From NCBI GenBank assembly GCA_964507045.1, contig CAZDOO010000023.1, forward strand, positions 703 through 64,702: a DNA stretch of 64,000 nucleotides, read 5' to 3'. Position 1 is the stretch's first letter; each line of letters begins with the position of its first letter. The notes beneath the pieces are model-generated. The model saw only the letters and a list, made by a program, of their open reading frames with translations. It did not search any database and was not told where the DNA came from. This document shows positions 55,326 to 64,000 of the stretch, piece after piece. Source of the DNA: an uncultured Verrucomicrobiota bacterium (GTDB taxonomy: Bacteria; Verrucomicrobiota; Verrucomicrobiia; Limisphaerales; UBA8199). A program made the position numbers and the translations under genes.

Positions 55326-55586
55326 GACCCCGCCGCCGGTCACCACGAGGTCAAACTGGCCCGCCTCTTCCTGCGGGTCCGGCTGCCCCAGCGCCCGATG
55401 CCGGAACGCAGCCATCTCCGGATCGCGGTTGGGCGGCACGAGCGCGGCATCGGCGGCAAACACCAGGGCGTCGCAGCGTCCCTCAAAACCAGTGAGGTCG
55501 TGCAGGGCCAGGCGCATCACCGGCGGCTGGAGTTCCACCACGCCGCCATCCTGCCAAGGCCAGTCCGCCTCCCGGTTGCCGAGCAC
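55326..55586 (-). pseudogene. Probable N-terminal fragment of an FAD-dependent oxidoreductase gene
   Basis: ...FEGRCDALVFAADAALVPPN ... EAGQFDLVVTGGGV ends exactly where a dinucleotide-binding GGGxAG helix should continue. It then decays and runs into the DUF1080 gene start in another frame. Confidence 0.3.
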
Positions 55587-55669
55587 TGTGTCCAGCGGCT
55601 TGCCCGCTTGCTTGGTGGGGCTTATCTCGATACCCCCGCCCCAAGTTCGGCCGGACTTCCTCTCCCCCT

Positions 55670-55724
55670 GGTGTTCCGCTCGTCTTTCGCTCGTATTCCG
55701 CTGATATTCCGCTCGTACTGCTGC
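55670..55724 (+). repeat. Array of 11-bp phased repeats (nnTnTTCCGCT) upstream of the metallophosphoesterase gene
   Basis: Units are GGTGTTCCGCT, CGTCTTTCGCT, CGTATTCCGCT, GATATTCCGCT and the degenerate CGTACTGCTGC. It aligns with the reverse complement of 46102-46167. Confidence 0.8.
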
Positions 55725-55833
55725 TTATTGCTTTCCACTCTCCATGCGCGGTTAAGCAACGATGGAACTGCCGCCGCCGCCGATCTTCGTATCTTGACTT
55801 GAATTCAACCTCGCGGCGGACGATGATTCACCG

Positions 55834-57723
55834 ATGTCACAACGTTCCTTGGCCCGAGTTTCGCGCCGCCTGCGGCGTGCGGCTTGGTTTGCCGCCCTGC
55901 TCTGCCTGCTGCCGCTGTTGGTTCTGGCCGAAAGCGGCCCGTTGCGTTTCGCTTGGCTCACGGACACTCATGTCGGCTCCGGCACCGGCGAACAGGATTT
56001 GCGCGCGGCGGTGCGCGACATCAATTCGCTGACGGGGCTGAGCTTTGTTGTCCTGTCCGGCGATGTCACCGAGTATGGCTCGCGCGAGCAGTTCCGACTG
56101 GCCAAGGAAATTCTCGACGAGCTGAAGCTTCCATGCCACATCCTGCCCGGCAATCACGACACCAAGTGGTCGGAGTCCGGCGCGACGGATTTCGCGCGGT
56201 TCTGGCAGGCAGACCGCTTCGTTTTCGAGCAGGGCGGGTTCCGCTTCGTGGGTTTGCACCAGGGGCCGTTGATGAAAATGGGCGACGGCCACTGGGCGCC
56301 CCAGGACGTGCGCTGGCTCAAGGAAACCTTGAAGCAGCTGCCCGACCCGAAGCAGCCCCTCATCTTCATCACGCATTACCCCATAGATGAGGGCATCGCC
56401 AACTGGTATGTCGTGCTGGACCTGCTCAAGGGGTGCAACACGCAGGTTGTTCTGTGCGGCCACGGCCACGCCAACCAGCCTTACCTCTTCGAGGGCGTGC
56501 CGGGCATCATGGGCCGTTCCAACCTGCGCGGGCACGCGCCGGTGGGCGGGTTTAACCTCGTCGAGATCAAAGACGGCACCTTGATTTGCTCCGAGCGCGT
56601 CATTGGCCAGCAAACCCTGCCCCCGTGGCATTCCGTCAAGCTGCAGCGGCACGATTACGCCAGCGACACCAACCGCTACCCCCGCCCGGACTTCGCCGTC
56701 AACGCCCGCTATCCCAGGGTCAAGCCGCGCTGGACTTACAACACCGGCTATACCATCGCCAGCACCCCGGCGGTTTGGAAAGACCTTGTCATCGTCGGCG
56801 ACGCCTCCGGAAGGGTTTACGCGCTGTCGCTCAAGTCCGGCACGGTGCAATGGGAAGCCAAGACCCAAAATGCCGTCTATGCGACGCCGGAGGCAAGCGG
56901 CAACCTGGTTGTCCTGGCCTCGACGGACGGGAGCATCTACGCGCTGAAAGCCGCAAACGGCAAGGAGGTCTGGCGTTACGCGACCGACCGGCCCATCGTC
57001 GCCTCCCCGCGCATTGCCGAAGAGATGGTGTACGTCGGTTCGAGCGACGGCAGCTTCCGCGCCCTCAACCTGGCTTCCGGCAAGCTGGTCTGGCAGTTCG
57101 ACGGCCTGGCCGGGTTTGTCGAGACCAAACCGCTGGTCTATGACGGCAAAGTTATCTTCGGGGCCTGGGACGAGCACCTGTATGCGCTCGACATGAAGAC
57201 CGGAAAGCTCGCCTGGAAATGGAAGGGGGACAAGCCCGGCACGCTGCTCTCGCCCGCCGCCTGCTGGCCGGTGGCCGCCAACAGCAAGGTGTTTATTGTG
57301 GCCCCCGACCGCAAGATGACCGCGCTGGATGCCCGGACCGGGGAACAAGTCTGGCGCACGGGCGCGTATGTCGCGCGTGAATCCATCGGCCTCTCCGCGG
57401 ACCAGACCCACTTCTACATCCGCACGATGAATGATTTCTTCTATGCCTTCTCCACGACGGCGGCCGGCCCGGAAAAGGTCTGGGAGCGCAATGCCGGTTT
57501 CGGCTATGACATCAACTCGGCCATGCTCGCCGAGAAGGATGGCGTCCTGTTCTACGGCACCAAGAACGATCTGCTCTTTGCGCTCGACGCCCGGACGGGC
57601 GCCATCAAGTGGGAGCACAAGCTGGGCAACGGCGTGATGAACACAGTCGTGCCGCTCAGCGCGACTCAGGTCCTCGTCACGGACTTTGACGGCCAGGTCG
57701 CGCTGATCGAAGCCCTGCCCTGA
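55834..57723 (+). CDS. Secreted fusion: calcineurin-like metallophosphoesterase + PQQ-like beta-propeller repeats
   Basis: Signal peptide present. Metallophosphoesterase motifs are LTDTHVG, GDVTEYG, GNHD and GHGH. These are followed by repeated xxGxVYALxxxxGxxxW propeller blades. Confidence 0.85.
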   Translation: MSQRSLARVSRRLRRAAWFAALLCLLPLLVLAESGPLRFAWLTDTHVGSGTGEQDLRAAVRDINSLTGLSFVVLSGDVTEYGSREQFRLAKEILDELKLPCHILPGNHDTKWSESGATDFARFWQADRFVFEQGGFRFVGLHQGPLMKMGDGHWAPQDVRWLKETLKQLPDPKQPLIFITHYPIDEGIANWYVVLDLLKGCNTQVVLCGHGHANQPYLFEGVPGIMGRSNLRGHAPVGGFNLVEIKDGTLICSERVIGQQTLPPWHSVKLQRHDYASDTNRYPRPDFAVNARYPRVKPRWTYNTGYTIASTPAVWKDLVIVGDASGRVYALSLKSGTVQWEAKTQNAVYATPEASGNLVVLASTDGSIYALKAANGKEVWRYATDRPIVASPRIAEEMVYVGSSDGSFRALNLASGKLVWQFDGLAGFVETKPLVYDGKVIFGAWDEHLYALDMKTGKLAWKWKGDKPGTLLSPAACWPVAANSKVFIVAPDRKMTALDARTGEQVWRTGAYVARESIGLSADQTHFYIRTMNDFFYAFSTTAAGPEKVWERNAGFGYDINSAMLAEKDGVLFYGTKNDLLFALDARTGAIKWEHKLGNGVMNTVVPLSATQVLVTDFDGQVALIEALP

Positions 57724-57761
57724 GGGCCCGGCGTCGCCCCAGCAGGCCCCGGCCAGATTCG

Positions 57762-58427
57762 ATGAATTACCTTGTGCAAGCCGCCACGGCTGCCCCCGCC
57801 CTCGATGCAGCATGGTCTGACACGGTCTGGGCGCGTGCCGACACGTTGAAGATTCGGCAATTCCGCCCCGAGAGCAGCAATCACCGCCCCCAGACCTCAG
57901 CCCGGCTGCTTTATGACGCCGCTGGCATTCACGGCATCTTTCGCGTCGAGGACCGCTACGTGCGGTGCGTACGCACCCAATACCTGGACGAGGTCTGGAA
58001 AGACAGTTGCGTCGAGTTTTTCGCCCGGCCCAAGCCGGAACGGGGCTACCTCAATTTCGAGTTCAACTGCGGCGGCGCATTCCTGTGCAGCTACATCACC
58101 AATTGCGAGCGCACGCCGGACGGGTTCAAAGAATTCACCCGCGTGCCGGGCAAGCTCGGGCAGACTATCCGTGCCTGGTCATCTTTGCCGCCGCGGGTTG
58201 ACCCCGAAATTGCGGCGCCGGTCGAGTGGACACTGCGGTTCTTTATTCCCTTCGCTCTCTTCGAGCACTACGTCGGCCCGCTGGGCGCGATGCCCGGACA
58301 GGCATGGCGCGGGAACTTCTTCAAGTGCGGCGATGAGACTTCCCATCCGCATTGGGCCGCCTGGTCGCCGGTGGACGAACTCAACTTCCACCGCCCGGAC
58401 TGCTTCGGAAACCTCCGCTTCGCGTAA
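57762..58427 (+). CDS. Carbohydrate-binding family 9-like (DOMON-like) protein
   Basis: 221 aa. LDAAWSDTVWARAD, DSCVEFF and NFEFN match the CBM9-like pattern by eye. Confidence 0.65.
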   Translation: MNYLVQAATAAPALDAAWSDTVWARADTLKIRQFRPESSNHRPQTSARLLYDAAGIHGIFRVEDRYVRCVRTQYLDEVWKDSCVEFFARPKPERGYLNFEFNCGGAFLCSYITNCERTPDGFKEFTRVPGKLGQTIRAWSSLPPRVDPEIAAPVEWTLRFFIPFALFEHYVGPLGAMPGQAWRGNFFKCGDETSHPHWAAWSPVDELNFHRPDCFGNLRFA

Positions 58428-58507
58428 CCTCACGCGAGGCGATTCCGAAGTCGCTCAGCCGCGGCACGCCGCGCCAAATCCACTTCAACCTGGAAGCGCT
58501 TGTCGCT

Positions 58508-59185
58508 CTACGGGGTTCCGGCAGCAGCGGCCTTCCGCTGCCCGAGCACCCACTTGAAGATCAGTTTGACCTCGTCGCCGGTCTTGATGAGGCCCAGCGC
58601 GATCTTCGGGGCGGGCGGATCCACCTTGAACTGCGTCATCTTGAACGTGACGGTGCCAGTGATCTCCAGCTTCTTGTCCGCCTGCGGCAGGACGTTCACG
58701 ACCATGGGAATGTTATTGGTCACTCCGGCCACGGCCAGATCGCCCTTCGCGTCGAACACGTAGGGGGCGTCCTTGGCTTTCGGCGCTTCCTTGAGCGTCA
58801 GCTCCGTCAGTCGATAGACGATCCGCTTGTAATCCGCCTCCTTAAGATGCTCCCACATAATCTCATCCATCTTGTCGCTGTAGGGCTTGCCATCCTTCTC
58901 GACGCTCTTGAGGGAACGCACCTGGATAAACACGTCCGCCTTGGCCTCCACTTTGCCCGGCGTCACCGCCTGGCCGGGTTCCATCGGGAAGCCCGGACCG
59001 ACCTCCATCATGCCCCCGATGAAGGGGCTCTCCACCTGCCAGTCATGGATGTTGGAGGTGCCTTCGATTCTCATTTTGCTGCCCGACCTGGCAGCGTAGG
59101 TTGTCATCTGGCCGGCCGCCGGCAAGGACGCCGCTGCCAGCAATAAAAGGGTGATAGTGCTTGTGATCAGTGTGTATCGCTTCAT
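58508..59185 (-). CDS. YceI-like periplasmic protein
   Basis: Signal peptide present. GTSNIHDW, and a VTFKMTQFKV..P-type C-terminus. Confidence 0.8.
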   Translation of the reverse strand: MKRYTLITSTITLLLLAAASLPAAGQMTTYAARSGSKMRIEGTSNIHDWQVESPFIGGMMEVGPGFPMEPGQAVTPGKVEAKADVFIQVRSLKSVEKDGKPYSDKMDEIMWEHLKEADYKRIVYRLTELTLKEAPKAKDAPYVFDAKGDLAVAGVTNNIPMVVNVLPQADKKLEITGTVTFKMTQFKVDPPAPKIALGLIKTGDEVKLIFKWVLGQRKAAAAGTP

Positions 59186-59242
59186 GTTTGCTCTATTGGT
59201 TTAACGCATCAGGTTACTGTGTTTGTTTTGACGTTGGGCCGC

Positions 59243-60616
59243 TCAACCCAATTCATACCATTCGGGCTTTAGTTCGATCCGTTTGGCGCCCAGGATGGCC
59301 TCGTTGGCCTTCACGGCAGTGACCACCGCCTGGAAGCCCTCCAGGCAGCCTGCCGCCGCGCGCAGCGGCACTTTGGACAGGTGCTCCATCAGGCCGTCCA
59401 CATCGTCCGCGCCGTAGCTGGCCTTGTAATCTTCCGCCGCTGCCTCCAGGTCCACCGCATTGCGAAGGAAGTTGCCCAACGCGTAGGAAAGCGGCGTGTT
59501 GGTGAACGGCTCTTCCTGTGATGGCTTGGCCTGGTCATTTGCCGGCACGGCTTTGCTCTTGCCGGCGACCAGCGCGATGCCGGTCTCCTTATAGAAGGTT
59601 AACTTGTCCGCATACACTTCCCAGCCCAGCAGGGGCGAATCCACTTCCTTGAACATCCAGGCCTTGCTCTCGCGCATCATGATTGCCGCGTCGCTGCCAT
59701 ACAGCATCTCGTATTCGCCGTCAAACGAGTTGGCCAACGTGGCGTCGTAGATCATCCGCACGTCGCCGGGAAACTCCAGCACCGCCTGAATGGTGTCCGG
59801 CACATCCCGGTCATCCTTCCAGAAGTTGATGGAGCCGAAGCCGGTGACCGCGGTCGGCAGCGCATTGAGGAACCAGCCAGCCTGGTCAATCTGGTGGCTG
59901 CCGATCTCGCCGATCAGGCCGAGGGAGGTCGCCTTGCTCAGGCGCCAATTGAGCGCCTTCTCCCGTTCCGGGTTGGGCGACGCGGCGCGCCAATTCGTCT
60001 TCTTGTGCCATTGCGCGCGGGCCAGGACAGGTTTGCCCAGCGCCCCCGAGCGAATGAACGGCAGCAGGAAATGCCGCTGGGGGTCGGAGCGCATCTGGAG
60101 GCCGCATTGGAAGACCAGTTGTTTGGCCGCCTTGGCCGCCCGCGCAATCTCTCGCGCGTCCTCGATGGTGTTGGCCAAGGGGGCTTCGCAATAGACGTGC
60201 TTGCCGGCCTTGAGCGCCGCCAGCACCAACTCCTTATGCTGGTGCGACGGGGTGGCAATGATGACGACCCTGATGTCCTTGTTGTCCAGGACGGCTTTGT
60301 AATCGGGGGTCTGCGCAGCGGCGGGCGCGGCGCTGGCAATGCGTTTCAGCGACGCCGGGTAGGTGTCGCAAATGGCGGCGACATCCGCTTGCGGCAGCCG
60401 AGCCAGGGTGTTGAGAATCTCGCGGCCCCAGGCGCCCAAGCCAATGACCCCGATTTTGATCTTCACCACCGGGGCCTTGCTCTCGCCGGCGGGCGCGGCG
60501 TTGGTTTGGGCGAACAGCTCCACCCCACCCAGCATCGTCATCAGCGTCGCGACCGATCCGCCTCTCAGGAAATCCCGCCGGTTATATCCCAGCGCCTCGC
60601 TCTCGTTCTCGTTCAT
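59243..60616 (-). CDS. TAT-exported Gfo/Idh/MocA-family oxidoreductase
   Basis: ATG 60616 (MNENESEALGYNRRDFLRGG); the track start 60634 is TTG. Rossmann motif IGVIGLGAWG. Confidence 0.85.
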   Translation of the reverse strand: MNENESEALGYNRRDFLRGGSVATLMTMLGGVELFAQTNAAPAGESKAPVVKIKIGVIGLGAWGREILNTLARLPQADVAAICDTYPASLKRIASAAPAAAQTPDYKAVLDNKDIRVVIIATPSHQHKELVLAALKAGKHVYCEAPLANTIEDAREIARAAKAAKQLVFQCGLQMRSDPQRHFLLPFIRSGALGKPVLARAQWHKKTNWRAASPNPEREKALNWRLSKATSLGLIGEIGSHQIDQAGWFLNALPTAVTGFGSINFWKDDRDVPDTIQAVLEFPGDVRMIYDATLANSFDGEYEMLYGSDAAIMMRESKAWMFKEVDSPLLGWEVYADKLTFYKETGIALVAGKSKAVPANDQAKPSQEEPFTNTPLSYALGNFLRNAVDLEAAAEDYKASYGADDVDGLMEHLSKVPLRAAAGCLEGFQAVVTAVKANEAILGAKRIELKPEWYELG

Positions 60617-60650
60617 ATCAGACTTTGGACTCAAGACTTTAGACTTCAGC

Positions 60651-61616
60651 TTATTCCCCTGCCGGCTTCTGCGGCCGGGCGTTCATTTTCTCCAGGCCCA
60701 ACGCCCACTTGATCCCGCCCAGAATATGCTTCTGGTAGGCTTGGGCCACTTCCCGGGGATTCTTGCGGTCCGGCCAGGTCGGGTCCCACACGTCCTCGCG
60801 GTGCCCCAGCGAGGTGTAAAACACGCGCCCGGCATTCTTGTGCCAGTCTCTTTGGACCAACAAGGCGGCACCGTTTGCCGGAACCGCCGCTGTTTTCTCG
60901 CCATATTCCTTGCACCAGGCGACCGGGTAATCGCCGGGCGTCTTATCGTTGGGGTGCTTGTCCAGCGTCAGCAGGCCGTGCACTTTAGCCCGGTCGAAGT
61001 TCTTGAACTGGTAGATCTCATCGAACACCTTCCAGTTCGCCGGCAGGTGACGGCAGGCCGGGCATTCGCGGTCCTGATTGATCGCGTCCACCTCCACCTG
61101 CGCGCCGTGGGTCTTGAACTCGCCCCCGAGCATGTCCAAATACCCCGCGAACCCGTGGAAGGTATCCGCGGCTGAGTGCATCCCCACAAACCCCTTGCCG
61201 GATTTAATCCAGTCCAGGAAAGCCTGCTTGTCTGGCAGCGGCAAATCGCCCGTCGTGTTGGCAAAGATCACCGCGTCGTAGTGCTTCAGCGCGGCGGGAT
61301 TCATCTTCTCGGCCAGAACCTTTGCGATGGCCGCATTGACCTTCTCCTTGTCGGGTTTGCCGTCGGCGCCCTTGAATTGCGGGTCACTGGGCTCGACCCG
61401 CGCGTATTCCACCTTGAAGGCGGCGCTTTCCTTGCCCAGTTCCGCCAGCACCTTCTCAGCGGTGGGAATCGAGCTGTGACGGTACCCGGTGGTTACAGTG
61501 ACCACCAGCACCCGCTTGGGCGCAGCCGACGCCGAGGCAGCCAGCCCGAACGAGCCGCTCACCAGTAATCCGGCCAACAATGGCCCGTGCAGCAAGGCAA
61601 TCTGTAATGTCTTCAT
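60651..61616 (-). CDS. ThuA-domain protein (secreted)
   Basis: Signal peptide present. Motifs are VLVVTVTTGYRHSSI, GFVGMHSAADTF and FYTSLGH. It lies 17 nt upstream of the Gfo/Idh/MocA gene. Confidence 0.85.
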   Translation of the reverse strand: MKTLQIALLHGPLLAGLLVSGSFGLAASASAAPKRVLVVTVTTGYRHSSIPTAEKVLAELGKESAAFKVEYARVEPSDPQFKGADGKPDKEKVNAAIAKVLAEKMNPAALKHYDAVIFANTTGDLPLPDKQAFLDWIKSGKGFVGMHSAADTFHGFAGYLDMLGGEFKTHGAQVEVDAINQDRECPACRHLPANWKVFDEIYQFKNFDRAKVHGLLTLDKHPNDKTPGDYPVAWCKEYGEKTAAVPANGAALLVQRDWHKNAGRVFYTSLGHREDVWDPTWPDRKNPREVAQAYQKHILGGIKWALGLEKMNARPQKPAGE

Positions 61617-61829
61617 ATATATAGCCCGGCACCCGCGGACGCATCCGCGAAGCTTCAGACTCGCTTGCCCAGCATAGAATTCATTTTTCGCTCCCTAGTC
61701 AAGGTTTCTGTCTTCGCATTTCCTTGACGCGGCGGGCCGGCCATGTTGTATATGATCCCCAATTGACGCCGGCGCCGCACGCCCACCTGGCGGTGGCGGA
61801 TTCCGGCCCGGCGGCAACAGACGAAAACT

Positions 61830-62894
61830 ATGGCTGATTTGAAGTTTACCTGTACCCATTGCGGGCAGGAGATTGAATGCGACGAACTCTGGAGCGGTCA
61901 CGAGATCCAGTGTCCCACCTGCAAGAAGGAGCTGATGGTGCCGCCCAAGCCCGACGCCCCCCCGCACGCAACTTTCGCCGCTGCCAAGCCGGGGCAGGCA
62001 CGGCTCTCGATCGGCGCATCCCGGGATCAACACGCCACCTCTGAACGAGCGGTAGCCCCGCAGGCCGCAGCGCTGGAACAGAAGCTGGTCCAGGCGAAGT
62101 CCGGGCGGGGGGGGGGCGCCAAGAAATGGATCGTGGCTGGAGTCGTGGTGATTGTCCTGGGAGTGGGCGCCTACCTGGGCTATCCCTACCTGCAGCAGTG
62201 GCAGGCCAAGCGCGGCGAAGCGGCCAAAGCCGCGAGCACCAAGGCCGCGCAACCAGAAGTCGCCGCCTCAGCTGAGGCAGCCCCCGCTCCAGCCCCCAAG
62301 AAGCAGAAAAAGGAGCTGCCCATGCTCCCAGCCGTCTGGACCCTGGACACGGACAAGGCCAGGATTCCGGAAGGCAAGGCTAATGGCATGATCGCCGGCA
62401 CCAATTTCGTCGTCGAAACGGCCCGCCTGGACATGGCCGGCAACATCTGCCTGCTGCGGTTGCTGCAGGGCTCCACGGCCTCACCAAGCATGGGCTTCAT
62501 GATTTACCTGCCCTGGAATGCCAAGGAAGGCGTTACCGGCCGCACCTGGACGGTCTCGCAGGAGATGAAAGGCCGGACCGTGCCCCAGATAGTCAAACTG
62601 TGGAAGAGCAACCCGCGCTACCCGGCTCAGCAAAAGCGCATATCCTCCGGCTACGCCATGAAGCTGGAACTGGGTGCCGTCAACAACGGCACCATTTCGG
62701 GCCGGATCTTCCTGGCCGTGCCGCCGGATACCGAGCAGAGCGTCGTGGCCGGCGTGTTCAAAGCCGCCACCAGCCTTGCGGATGCCGCTGGCGCGACGGC
62801 GGCAAGCCCGGCGCCGGATGCGGGCGCAGCGCCCGCCGCGCCGCCCGCCGCCGAGCCAGCCAATTTCGAGCAGCGCTACGGCATCAAACGCTAG
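61830..62894 (+). CDS. Zinc-ribbon, single-pass membrane protein of unknown function
   Basis: N-terminal CTHCG...CPTCK, TM segment WIVAGVVVIVLGVGAYLGY, and Ala/Pro-rich linkers. Confidence 0.7.
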   Translation: MADLKFTCTHCGQEIECDELWSGHEIQCPTCKKELMVPPKPDAPPHATFAAAKPGQARLSIGASRDQHATSERAVAPQAAALEQKLVQAKSGRGGGAKKWIVAGVVVIVLGVGAYLGYPYLQQWQAKRGEAAKAASTKAAQPEVAASAEAAPAPAPKKQKKELPMLPAVWTLDTDKARIPEGKANGMIAGTNFVVETARLDMAGNICLLRLLQGSTASPSMGFMIYLPWNAKEGVTGRTWTVSQEMKGRTVPQIVKLWKSNPRYPAQQKRISSGYAMKLELGAVNNGTISGRIFLAVPPDTEQSVVAGVFKAATSLADAAGATAASPAPDAGAAPAAPPAAEPANFEQRYGIKR

Positions 62895-63042
62895 ACCGGC
62901 GCGTTGGCCGCCAGCGGCGTGGCGCGGGTGAAACACGAGCCCTGAGCACCGGCGGCCGGCCAGCCTGAACCCGCTTGCTTTATGCGCGCGGGAGCCTACC
63001 ATACCGGCCAGTCTTGTCCTTCGCCGGGACACGCATGGTCGC

Positions 63043-64000
63043 ATGATTCGCTCGCTAGTATTTACAACTCAAGGCCGACTGCACAGCAAAGACATCGAGA
63101 TGTTCTTGATGCCGACCCTGCTCCACGACACCAACCTGTTCCTGTGGGTGGATCTGGAAAGCCCCACGCCCGAAGAAACCAAGTATGTGCTGGGGGACGT
63201 GTTCCACTTCCACCCGCTGTCCATCGAGGATTGTGTGACCGCCAGTCCTTCGCCGAAGGTGGACGAGTACTCGCCCAAGGAGGGAGACTGGTTTACGCCT
63301 TATCTTTTCATGGTCATCCACGCGGTGGACTACAGCCGGAAGGACGGCGTGTTCGCCACCGGCGAGCTGAATTTCTTCCTGGGCAAGAACTTTCTGGTCA
63401 CCTACCATCAGGGGCCCTTGCGCAGCGTGTCGCATACCGAAGAGTGCGCCGTCAATGCCACCACGAATATTGCCCGCGCGCCTGATCGCGTGGCGCATAC
63501 CCTCCTGGACTCGATTGTTGACAACTACAAGCCGGCCCTGGATGAGCTGGCCCTCGAAATCGCCGAGCTGGAGCAGCAGGCCCTCCGGCACCCGACTCAG
63601 CAGACCCTCAACAAGATTTTGCAGGTCAAGAAGGAGGTGCTCCACCTTCGCCAGATCATCGGGCCGCAGCGGGAGGTGCTGGCCCGGTTTGCGCGCGGCG
63701 AGTTCAAGCTCATTCGCGCTCATCTCGTCCCGTATTACCGCAACGTTTACGACGGTCTCTTCCACATTTCCGAGCTGGCGCAGCGTTACACCGATACGCT
63801 TACCGGCATTCTCCAGGTCTATCTGAACATGTCCTCCAACCGCACGAGCGAGGTAGTCAAGCTGCTAACGCTGATCACCGTCATCACCACCCCGCTCATG
63901 ATGATCGGCACCTGGTATGGCATGAACTTCAAACACATGCCCGAGCTGGATTGGAAGTACGGCTATTCCGCCGCTCTTGTCATCACGGCATTGTCCACCC
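63043..64000 (+). CDS. corA: CorA-family magnesium/cobalt transporter (3' end outside window)
   Basis: The frame is open from ATG 63043 to the window end; it is absent from the track because there is no stop. YGMNF signature near the end. Confidence 0.85.
   Translation, partial: MIRSLVFTTQGRLHSKDIEMFLMPTLLHDTNLFLWVDLESPTPEETKYVLGDVFHFHPLSIEDCVTASPSPKVDEYSPKEGDWFTPYLFMVIHAVDYSRKDGVFATGELNFFLGKNFLVTYHQGPLRSVSHTEECAVNATTNIARAPDRVAHTLLDSIVDNYKPALDELALEIAELEQQALRHPTQQTLNKILQVKKEVLHLRQIIGPQREVLARFARGEFKLIRAHLVPYYRNVYDGLFHISELAQRYTDTLTGILQVYLNMSSNRTSEVVKLLTLITVITTPLMMIGTWYGMNFKHMPELDWKYGYSAALVITALST

Noticed and set aside
55837-57813. 658-aa minus-strand ORF
   Set aside because: It is antisense to the metallophosphoesterase/PQQ-propeller gene. 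Its composition is low-complexity Arg/Gly/Ala, so it is a shadow ORF.

Overview
This is a visibly GC-rich bacterial chromosomal window with no plasmid or phage hallmarks. I call about 56 protein genes and one tRNA-Ser(GGA). I see no rRNA, CRISPR array, transposase, integrase or recognisable defence gene. The gene content includes several TAT-signal Gfo/Idh/MocA oxidoreductases, two DUF1080 proteins, ThuA, DUF2961/GH172, CE15, DUF4838, zinc-ribbon membrane proteins and a giant Ser/Thr kinase. That mix is typical of Verrucomicrobiota/Planctomycetota-like polysaccharide degraders, but this is inference only. Housekeeping blocks are rpmI-rplT-pheS-pheT, nadC-birA-coaX followed by trpA-manC, and thiD, nadE, polX, tcdA and tatD. 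I do not see a convincing novel multi-gene system. The best leads are: (i) two oppositely oriented copies of a ~417-bp MITE-like element with terminal inverted repeats, 9-10-bp target duplications and a 63-81-nt perfect central palindrome whose arms differ between copies in a compensatory way; (ii) a shared ~55-65-nt array of 11-bp phased repeats upstream of two unrelated genes in the same orientation; (iii) a ~100-nt imperfect stem-loop built from CATCCAA heptamers ending just upstream of birA; (iv) a two-ORF nucleotidyltransferase-like cassette bracketed exactly by 50-bp imperfect direct repeats; (v) a 1117-aa fucokinase-like/UDPGP-like fusion protein next to a divergent GalU-like gene; (vi) a zinc-ribbon/kinase/RDD/pseudokinase-like/RDD membrane protein. 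All family calls come from motif recognition by eye on the supplied translations, not from database searches. Many long ORFs in the track are antisense or alternative-frame shadows caused by the high GC content.
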